64,000 nt of DNA from Bugula neritina (taxonomy: Eukaryota > Animalia > Bryozoa): the NCBI GenBank assembly GCA_964035545.1, contig OZ037768.1:13587675-13651674 (forward strand), in the 5' to 3' direction. Under the pieces are notes generated by a model. The model was not told the DNA's origin and made no database searches. It saw only the letters and a program-made list of their open reading frames with translations. A program made the translations under genes and the position numbers. How positions within the stretch are numbered: the first letter of the stretch is position 1; every line of letters begins with the position of its first letter. Positions 13,789-25,700 of the stretch are shown one piece after another.

Positions 13789-16700
13789 CATAAGCATAAT
13801 TCATCAAGTCTTATAGCAAGAGAATGACACATCTCCTTTCTGGTTGTTAGTTCCTGAGACAATTCTGCTACTTCAGATGTCAACTGTAACACAGTGCAAA
13901 GACATAAAATAGTAACCTTAGTATTCTACATCTTTATTGTTAACAGTTACTAACCAGATAGAAAAAACTTTAGTTGGCAACAGAGTGTCAATTTACCACT
14001 AAATAGCACAACTGGGCATGCTATAATATTTAGGCTGAGAAATAATTAAGTATAAAAAAAGTAAATGATAACCTGGAATATTTCCTTGCAGATTTCTTCA
14101 CGGTCTACCTCACACACGGTCTCAGCACAGTTGGTTAGAACCAACAGTTGTGACTTCAACTTCTTCAACCTTTTCTTATCAGACTTGTATTGCATAAGAT
14201 AACATTTGATTTCTTCAATCTCGTGCAAATATGCATCATGTGTTGAACTGCAAAACAATAAAATTTGAAATAGCTTTAACAAATGTTCACAGTACTGCCT
14301 TTGAAACAAGAGTAAATTCTAATTTGAACCATATGTGCTCTACAATACATTGACAAATCAACCAACTGACCATAAAAAATAAATGAAGCATGCGTACTAA
14401 AATTTTCATTGGTTGTTGTGTTTAACTGCCAGCATATATGCAGAAACCTTGATCACCTTTGAGTACAACCATTCTCGAGATTGTGGACTGGTGGCTGTAA
14501 CTGAGTTGATTCGACGAATGCAGAGGGTGGCATAAGGTTAGTGCCGCTAGGTTTGCTGTCCGCACCAATACTAGCCTCAGTTGGTAAGGTAAGAAAGTGA
14601 CTTGGCTTTAGAAGACAATCTGATTGATGAGCAGGAGATATTTTAGCAAGATCTGTCGTTCCAGGGTGAGATACATCTATGGAAAGTGCATCTAGTCCCT
14701 CAAAGTGATTGTCTGTTTTGGTGGTCTATGCAATAATTATGAGCAAGTAATGTGATTGCCATCAGTTTCCAAATACTTTATACCATTAAACATCATAATT
14801 TTAAAAGATCACAACTTTTTCAAACAGTAACAGCCATTTAATTCCTTACCAAAGCCTCAGCAGTGGATGGGATGTTTTCTTTTGACTCCGTAACTCTGGT
14901 GTTCTCAAAATCCTCTACAATCAATAAATTTAATTCTATTGCATAGGAATTACAAGCATGAATCAGTTAGGAACCAAAAGCTGATGGCAAAATGAACTGC
15001 TTGCCAATTTTATTATATGCCTACTTTAATATATTTGTTTTACAGTGCAGAAGAAAACAAAGATTTTATTGCCTTACCAGGTCCATTTTCACTGTACAGT
15101 TTCCAAAGACCTTCTCTTTCCAGAGATTCCATAAGGTAAGAGGGTTGGATAGGAGGCAGTCTTTTCTTCTCCCGCTGCTCTGGCTTCTGTTTGAATATCT
15201 TCACCGGTCTGCAAAACAAGAAACATACAGCCACATGCCCACAACCTACATATCCACAACAATATACTCACAATCATACACGACATACTACACTGTATAC
15301 ATGATACGTCTATTGGTAAGTAAACTAAATTTAACTGTAGTTACATATTTAGTGCACTCTTGGCAATAGAGAGCAACATTAGCCTCAAATGACTAGGTTT
15401 GGAGATTTCGGTAAAAGATTTTTAAAATATTAAAACTAAAAAGATTGTGTAACAATTGATCTTAAAAACTATATTTCTGCTTTTGTATTTTGCCAGTCTA
15501 TTTGCTAGAATTTATTTACAAGCAAAAAAATAATATCACTGTCAGTATTGCTGACAGCATGTAAAATGACGTTGGGTCCAGAACTGAGCAGTCATGAAAT
15601 TCCCAAAATTATCTATTTGGTATGTGCACATATGCATACGTGAAAATAATGTTTTTGTATGGGAAAAATATGCGAATCGTTTAATGTCTGAGATTATAAA
15701 TGCTATTTATCCATGGAAACAAATATTTGAATCCAAGTAAAGTCTCACCTAGGAATATTCATGACCTCGGAGCATATAAATGTATCTTGTAATGTTTTAG
15801 GAGGAGGTCTTTGTTTGAGTGGAGAGCGAGCACTAGAATTACTCGCTGCTCTACGCTGTTGCAGATCAGACGGACTTATCTTTAATAATTTAGGAACTGC
15901 AGAGGCTCTGCTGTGCTTAGACCTCTGCACTTTGCATCTCCATATGTCGATACACTTTTGTACAATGAGCATGGTTCTGTGGTGATGCTAAATATTAATA
16001 TCATAATTTAGTTTACATCCCAGAAATACACTAATATTAGCTGTTAGCCATTAGTATCATTGTTTTAACTTTAAACCTTATTTATTTCCGAATCATCTTT
16101 GCAAAAATTATGTGTGTTAGTTTTATTGAAAGGCCATCTATAACTTAAATATAGAGAACTGGCAAAAGGAAAATGTATAAAACTAATTAAAACCACATTA
16201 ATGAACTAATATTGATTTATTATAATAAATAACTTTACATCTGATAAAGCTTATTGATGTCCAGGCACTGGTGATGATGATAACTTGAAATACAGCTAAT
16301 TCTCAAAAATATGTGTGTAAATACTTTGAGATGTCATATACTAATTAAACTTGTTTAAAAAATCTTAATAAAATTAAAATCTGCAGATGTCAAATGCCCA
16401 GAAGCTTATAAGTGGGCAAGAGAGGTGAAGAAAGTGTAAACAGCTAAAATCACCCTACTTCTCACCCCTTCTCAATAAATTAATGTTGTTCTTTTATAAT
16501 TAGGCTTTTATACTATCATCTGGTATGAAAACAAGAATAATGAGCTAACTAGCTCATTATTAGTGAAAAAGACTATGGTTGCCATAAAACTTCTATATTC
16601 CTGCTAAATACTTTTGAAGGTTAAATATTTTTCACCAAGAAAACCTTGTCTATTTTGGAAAAATAAAACACCGCGGTTATTTTCTCTCTTGAAAATAAAG

Positions 16701-19700
16701 GCTAATTCCAAAACTGACTGTTATAAAACTTTTGATAAGTACTTATTATCCAGAGAAAATTGTGTGTAGTCGATACGAGTCAATTTGTACTGAAAATGGT
16801 GCATGGAACTATTAATATAAACCAGCAAATAAAGTGAAGTAAAGACATTGTTTTATCCAAGAGTATATTATAATGTAGAGATAGAATTTAAAGTAGCTGA
16901 AACTTTTAGATTGCCATGGCCACATATAGTATTCCTGGTGCATCAGTGGTGAGTATATACAGTTACCTTAGAGTGAGTTTCCAATGCCAAATGCTGCCTG
17001 CGTTGCGCTACATGATCAGCTACAAGAATACACTGCCTCAGTCCATCTACCAACAACTTGTGTTTAAATTGTTTCATGGATTCTTCATACATTGCCCTTT
17101 TCTGCTTTCTTTTAGCAGCATAATGAAACCAAGCTGCCATGCACTGCAACCACAACAGCATGATAAAGCACAGCATATCCATAACTCTAAAGTTTGTTTA
17201 AACTACGTCATAATATAGCATACAATGTATAAAAGCATAAATGTCGATGTTGATTCACTTGAGATTTGCTATATTAACTTTTAGACATTTAAATGGCGTA
17301 CATAAATGTTGGCGCTCCATTTAGTCATTTAGCGTCTACCCTAAAAAAACTACTAAAATGTGGGAATGTAACGCCAGCTTGACATTTAGAGCAGTTTCGT
17401 GGCTTAAACAAATTTATTCGAAGAACATGCACATCTATGCTTTCTTTCCATATTTGGCAAACAAAGAAATTCCATTTTCAGTGCCATACTTTTGGATTTG
17501 TTTAAAATCAAGTATATCTAAATAAGTTGGTTTGACTTGGCTTTTTGCAATTACTACTACAAAGAAAATATAACATTATATTATAATTCTATTATAACAT
17601 AATATTATAGAATTTGAATTCGGGACTTTGTTAGAGACTAAAACAAATTTTCATGTTTTGTGGTAAAATTACAAATTAGAGTTTCCACTCAAATCTTTTG
17701 CAACTAAGTACATATTTCACAAGATTTTCTGAAACTTTTTAATAGAGAACAGAAAAGCATTTAACTGTAAGGAGTGGTGATTTTTACAATCTACTCTCTG
17801 CACTCTACTGCAACACAAATTCTATAACGTGACTACTAGCAAACAGCGAACTAAAATTACCACCCGGTGTAAACCTCGGGAAATGCAAAGCTCTACATTC
17901 CTAGTTCTTGAGAAGAAAAATTCCCAGATTGTCGTAACACATATCAGGAATTTGGTGCAAGACCGGTTCCACAATATTTTACAGAAAAGCTCACCTTCTG
18001 CTGTAAAACTAAGCTCCAGTGATACATAGCCAGTAGGGACTGTTGGTTAGCCTCCCTTGCTTGTTTCAACCGAAAACTCCACAACACGTAGAACTTAGCT
18101 CTCAGTCTATGATCACCGGCTAACTTTGCTTGCATCGCTAAAACCTTTATTGGAAATGAAACTACAGATTTGAATAAATTTTCTTGTAATGACTTATACA
18201 ATATGTACATAGTGACTATAATAGCAATGAATATCTAGTTACATATACATACAATAGTTGAGCACTCTGTAACCATAAAAAGTTATATCACAGATTTAAA
18301 GCTATTAGCCGTGGCATACTATCTCATACCTTCTTGTGTTGGTTAACTTGTTTAAATTGTTTCCAAGACTGTAAAGCAGCAGTCAGGAGTTTTCTTTCCC
18401 TGTGTATACAAGCCTGATTGTATTTCAGTCTGTGCAGCATTCTTTCATCACGAGCATCTCTCCATTTAGACAACAAGCTTCTCAATTGAACTGTAATTTA
18501 AGAAAACAGGCAACTCATAATACAGCAGTATGTGAAAAACGGTGTTGCAAAATTTTCAAGAATATCATTTTTAAACTTCACATCAAGATAGTGTTTTATG
18601 CTGTTAATAACTCACGTACTGAGTTGTTAACAGTGTGAGTGTTTCATGCTGTTAATACCTGTTTGAAACTTAGCACGGAGTTGTGCTACCTTCCCTTCAT
18701 CATCTTTCCTTTGGCCAACCTTCACATGTGTGTACGACTTCCATTGTCTTAACACCTACACCAAAATTAGTAGTCAACCAACTATGCATCTGCAGAAGAC
18801 TGAAAACTACAGCATAACTGAATGACTTTACTGGAAGTTGGAAAACAAGCCCCTTAATACGAAGTGATGCAACTTTTGAGAACCAGAAGCTATAACCAAA
18901 AGTTAAGACTTTTATGAGGAATGCAGATTCAATTTTTAAACTTACATGCATGGTTGCTACACTGTTTGTACATAGAGATCAACTGGTAAACAACTTTGAA
19001 CCCAAACAATGGAGATTATACAGATAACATATCTTATCTTTTTATCCATCAACCATACACTCATTAGTCATTATTATCTGAGATCAGGGCTGTTGGAACA
19101 TGGAAATATGAATCGGTGCTAAAAGATGAGCTACTTATTATGTACAACATTCATAGTCTCGACTCCATTTTATTCTGTTTATTGGATTTATGTTTCGTGA
19201 TTAAGAGCTCAGATTGGCCACCTGGTATTTCAGAACTACAACTACACTTCAATTTATCCCAAGTGCACATAACTCTAAACGTTCAATTTCCGCCTAAATT
19301 GAAGAAATTTTAGATGAGTAGAATTAATAAATAAATTACAATCTTGACTATTCTCATTAAAACCTACAGTATTGGCGCAAAACTCAAATCAATACTAACT
19401 CATACTTGTGTTGAATCTTGTGCAACATGCAAAGATGTAAGAGAAATGTAGTCTAGCAGAAAGTGATGAAGCGTTCAGTACCACAACACTCTCGCACATT
19501 TAAAATCATAAAACTTTGATCAGAAAGATCCCTTGTTAATTTAAATGCAAGTTGAAATTGCTTATCATAGGAAGATTGTGACAGACTTACTTTAATCAAC
19601 ATAATATGGTGTATACTATAGAGATAGATAGAAAAATATTTTGAGATTAAGACTTATAATGAAAAATGATTGATATGAAACTAATACCATATTAGTGAAC

Positions 19701-22700
19701 TTCTAACAAGAATTTGTTCTCTCTGCCCATCACTATTTCACTTTTATGGTGCAAAATATTTGTGTAAAATAAGCTCTGTATAGACTAAGCTCTACATAAA
19801 GTAAATCTAAAGCTATATGATAGTACTAAGAAGAATTAATTAAGAAAATATCTTAAAAATACACTGTAACATTTATATATTTTTAACCAATTATAAAAAA
19901 CAACTCCTTTATTTTATTTCATTAGTGGTCATGTCTTACTTTTTGTGAGTGTTCATCAAAAGACGGAGAGCTGAGCAAACAATTCATTGCCTAAACCAAA
20001 GTGCTTATTTTGAATGATTTCAGTGGGTAAAAATTTAATTGTTGATTCAAATGTTGAAACTGCAAAAAATTCAGCATTAATTGTAATCAAAATTATAATA
20101 TTTTATAAAAATAATTGACTAATAACAATTATCAAATTTTCCTTAACAGTTTTTATCAGTACATTTTTAATAAATTGCATACATTAATAGAAACAAGTTT
20201 ATTCATAGTTTTATGAACACTCATGTTGATAACATCTCTGCTGAACTATAAATTGCTAAAATGAAGGAGGAAACAAATCTAAAATAGGAATTGTGGTTAG
20301 ATTATTGGAGAGTTTTCTATTTTTACTGTAAAACTGTGAAATAAAGTGCATAAAGCACAACTGTAGCTAAAACTGTTTATGACTATGACAAAATGCTGTT
20401 GCTGTGCTGCTGCTAGCATGGGCTGTTAATAGGAAGGCAGATATAATCAATAGACTAGGTATCTCCTGTAGCAATATTTTCTAAGTATTAGAAAAATAAA
20501 CCCTTTGTTAAAGGAGGGCAAAGGTGTGCTATGAATGCTACCTTAGTGATTCAGTGTGTACAAACTACCCACTATAATGATTAGTAAGTGTCAAGGCTCT
20601 AACTAACATGGCTACCTTCAACACTAGATGATTGCCACTCATTTCTCGGAAATTCTCAACTTTTCTTCTATCTTTGGCAAGCCTTCTACTCACAATTCGC
20701 CACTCTTCAAGGCAGATTCTATTAAATTGATATAGTTTATTAACTAATTAAGTTAATTAATTAAACTATGAAAGAAAATACGGTTAGTGATCTGACAGCA
20801 TGTTCTCTCATATCTAGGTGGTGCGCCACTTACAATAATACAGCATAGCCATAAGACTATCGAGTACCACAGGAGCAAGTCAACATCAGTAGCAATTCAA
20901 CATTAGGAACAAATAGTATAGGCTAGGAGTATTGGCAAATCTACAACCTTATCTGTCAACAACCTTGCTTCAATAGCCAACCAATAATGGTCACACTACC
21001 TCTGAATTATTTCCATAGCAATGCTGACCAGGTAGTGGCAAACTCTACTCACAAAAACAGCTTTTTTAAATTCATAATTGTCAAAGCATAGCTACATTCC
21101 CCGTTTTTACAACATCCTTTAAAGTATCATGTTTTCAGTCACAGTACTCTCATTTCTATTCCGTAGATATATTCTTACATAAAACTATGAGTACTAACTT
21201 AAGCAAGCTTTTGTTGTTCAGCTGAATTTTCTCCTCGGCGACTTGTTTCCTGTGTGTCATATCTCGAGTCAAAGATAGCCACGCAGCAAACACTGGTATG
21301 AGCAGCTTCCTATTCGAAAAACCCTCAGCTTTGTTAAACTGGTCTTTTTCGACTTTAGCTGCTTTCACAAACTAAAGGAAAATATTAAATTTCATAAGCA
21401 AAAGGTGAAACTTATATTCAATATACTGACTGAGCCATATCCAACAACCTAAACTGTATACACAACATTGTTGTATATTACAAGATGAAACTACATTATT
21501 GAGCATTGCAAGACATAAAACTAATCAACTCATTACTTTGGCTCATTACCTTCTGCCATTTGGTGAATGCAGCTCGACTGACACGGGTGTTGTTGAACTC
21601 AGCAGCCAGCAGGTATTGGCTCTCCCTGAAAACAGATTAACCTGAGAGCATTTCAGATACAATAAAACAAGTGTTACAAAACCAGTAATTGAATAACCAA
21701 CAAACCAGTGTTAAAACATCCAGTATTAAGAGAGTGCTAGTTAATAGATTAATTATATTAATAGAGTTGAATGACTTCAAGACACTTTTCACAGGTAAAT
21801 TAATCTAGATGCTAGACTAACACATGGGATGTTAACACAAGCAATCTTCCTCTAATAATAGTAATAATACAATAAAATTAGTACAGTTTAACCCGACTAT
21901 CATAATGATTAAATTAATCATTGCTATCACGCTGATGGACTATATTAAAAGTATTCATATTTATATATATATAAAAATGAACATGGATATACTGATTACG
22001 AAGAAATTTCTATACCTAAAGATACTTTCATATCATCAGCAGCAATGTGACTTACTTAACCAGTCAATTGCCAATAATAATCATGACTAGTTCAATTAAT
22101 TAGATTTAAGTTTTCAGATTACGTCTAAAAACAACTTAATGTTAAACTTGAGCAGAAAGCCCATGAAAATATAACATGAGTGTTTATAGTAAATGGTACA
22201 AAATTAAAATTTCAACAATATATAATAGGATTTCAAATCAAGTTCAATTAGATTAGCTAATAGTCATATTTACAATTAAAACAGCGAATTTACTATAACT
22301 AGAGACAATAACTGTATATACTATAATTTCATAATCATGATTATGTCAGCAATTAGAATCTCCTTGCCCTGGAGGGGGGGAGGCTCATGGTCAATAATAA
22401 TTTCAACATTCTCATCTCAGTTTTAAATATTGCATGGAAATAATTATTGGCAAGCACCTAGCAGCTCCTATACAATTTTCCAAATTTATTTTATATTAGA
22501 TAATTGCTGTAATTATGCAAGAAACCCCATTGTAAGAATTTTTACTAAAAAAAATTATGCTTCACAAAACAAAACAATTTAAAATCTATTTTTAAAACCC
22601 ACTCCTTTGCAAAGTCTTTCACATGTTGACTCCACGTCTTAAAAGCTGATGTGAGTAGCCTTAGTCTGTAGTGGTCACTGGCCAGGGTCTGTAACACCAC

Positions 22701-25700
22701 ACCACATTATTATTTGATAAGCTTGCTAGAAACCTAGCTTACACCAACTACTGTACATACACAACATGCCAACACAGTCCGGGGCAATTGCTTTTTCAAA
22801 TATTTATATACTCTTTTTAACTAAAAGCAGCAAGATTTAAAACTATGACCTCACTTTTATAAAAAAATAAATAAGTATTGATATAAAGAGTTTTAAGTGA
22901 AGATTCCAACAGTTATCAACAGCTAAATCAAGCTATATATTATAACATGTTTAATAAAATATCAATGACTATACGATTTTAAAATAAAACCTTGGCGCTA
23001 TCAGGATGTGTGTGTAGTTCAGATATTTTATAAGGAAATTAGAAACACACCGTATTCTCATAGTCATCTAACACAGCTTCAGTCTTTAACCTCCATAATG
23101 TTAGAAATCGTTTCTTTAGTTTCTCATCGTGGTGAAGGGTGGCCTACAGTGATGGAGTTTTATTTCAAGTATGAACATTTTGAAAAGCTGTATAACACAG
23201 CTTACAAATAAACCAATGCACATATGTACTAAAATATCTTTGTGTTTTCTTTAAAAACTAAATAAATGTGCATTTGGACAACTTACCACACGATTTAGTG
23301 TCCTTATTTCCATGCTATGATCATACTGATTCTGCCAGAAATAAAAATATTTTGCTTCCATGTTTTGTCTATAAACATTAAATAAAAAAGTGAAAAAATA
23401 ACTCTAACTTCATATCAAAATTAGTAGCCCTAATATTTAACTACTACAAAATAAAATCAAAGAGCATTCTCGGCAGAGAATATTCTTCAATTTTAAAATA
23501 CTTGTTTAAATCGGCTACTCTTGTTCTCAGTAAATAAAATGGTACGAGATTAGCAAATAATGTAGCTAAATGCTTTAATGAGTCCAATTGCCTTACTTTT
23601 CTATTTCATACATATGAGCAACATTTAGGGCATATTTCATACATATGAGCAACATTTAGAGCATATTTTGAACTTGAAATGTTAGCGACATCTTCGGTTT
23701 CATATGCTAAATGTTTAAACGAAAGAGTAAATGTATTATAACTATATTTAAAATAAATAATATACTTCAAACAGAAAATGTGGACATTATAGAAAGAATA
23801 TAAAACTTCAGTATCATATCTAGCATATCTCAGAGATATACAAATTCACACATACTTGAAAAGAGAAGTAGCTTGCTGATAGGCTGAATGTTTCCATCTC
23901 CTATGCTCTACAAACTCACACCACTGAATAAAGTAGCTTTGAAGAACAGTAAATGAGTAATGAACTTCACATCTATCAGCCACCATCTTCTTCTCCCGGC
24001 GTAAACACACATATTCTTTCCACCGATCTATCGCGGAGGATGCAAGAGATGACCTGAAGTATGAGGTTTGTGTACTGAATGTATGTAATCTACGGCTTAT
24101 AAAAAATATATACTTTGTCAACAGACTTCTGGCATTAAAATATAATTTCTCAAATCTACTGCAGAATGTGCTGGAGCCTTCACTGTGCCAGCTTAGTAAA
24201 TAGTTTTATTATATGATAATGCAGTAACGTGATAAACTCTCTTTTATTGTCTCCACTTGACAAATTTTGTTAGCAATATTTTTGATATAGACACAATGAC
24301 TTATACACACCTAAAACTGATTATTAGAGATTATTAGAGTGACTTCTACCAACATATCTCAAACAAGTAGCACAAGCACTATACTTAGCAATAGACATAG
24401 TATAACATACTGATAGTGATCATATGCCTGCTGGGTTAAATGGGATATTCTCAGCTCTTCACACTCATTATAATGTTCTGCCCATCTCCTCCAAACTCTT
24501 CTCGTCAGATTATGATTATAAAACTGCTGAGCTTGAGAAGTATTCAGCTCCTTCAGCCTTCGTTGCAGCGCACAGAAACGTAGAGCATTGAAACAGTTCG
24601 ACTGTAAAAATAATTAGATTTCCATTATCATAATAGCAACATTATGCTTTCTTTTTTAATGCCGGCATATTTATAAATTAAAACGGAACCTAAAGCAAAT
24701 CATATCTCAAAATTCATGTGAACATGATAGCATCTTGGACAGTATAAAATCAGCCCGCTACGTAGACTATGTAGAGCTGAGAGCTGCATGCACAGCTTAC
24801 CACTACTCTGTTGTTAGAATGCTGTACAGCTATTTCTTCCTGCTGATGCTTTTGGTGATGCAATACTATATCTGAATATAACGGTAAGGAAATAACTCCA
24901 GATTCATATTTCAAGCTTTTAGTGTTGAGAAACACTAACAGCTTGGGAAGATAACTTCAAACACAACAAGGAATATTGCAATGAAACAAAGGCGACTTAA
25001 TGTTCAACAGTGCATAGCATATTAATTGAGAATTGTTAGCAATGTTTTCAAAGTAAGTATGACTTTTTCCAGTGTAGTTTTAGTTCTTTTACTATCAAGT
25101 TGCAAGGCAGACCATGAGCATGGGGAAACAAGGTAACTATCCCATATATGACAACTTGGTGAATAAGTATAGAATATATAATGAATACAGAATGTATATA
25201 ATGTGGGAAATGCATTATGGCACTTTTGTGACTGAACCTAGAGAGTGGGGGTAATAAAATGTGCAACCTCCTCTAACCAATCTGGCAGACACAGGCTTGG
25301 TCTAAGCTCTAAACATAGAGCTTCCACCCAACATAAATGCCAAAAAAAGTTTTCAAGACTTTACCAGATTATTTATAATTATGGCTATCCACTTTTGCCA
25401 ATGAGTTCTAAAAATAAAAAACATCAAATGCTAAAAAATACTCAACTTGCTTGATATTTACTTTTTTACAGTGTCATTAGCTAGATATATTTTATACTAA
25501 ACGACATAAAACTTGAGAAATTGTTATATTGTCAATATATTATTGTCAATTGTCAATATCATGTTAAAGCAAACAGCAATTTGAGACTAGACCAATTTTC
25601 CCGTCTAATGACCAACTTCAGATCCAATAACTCGGCCAAATACCATATTTTATAATAACCAACCAAATTGTTATGTATTCAACTATTTATAGTTTATACT

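Noticed and set aside
18780-19500. Second nested gene in another SFI1 intron (ORF 19116-19313)
   Set aside because: I could not build a phase-consistent exon chain or recognise any motif.
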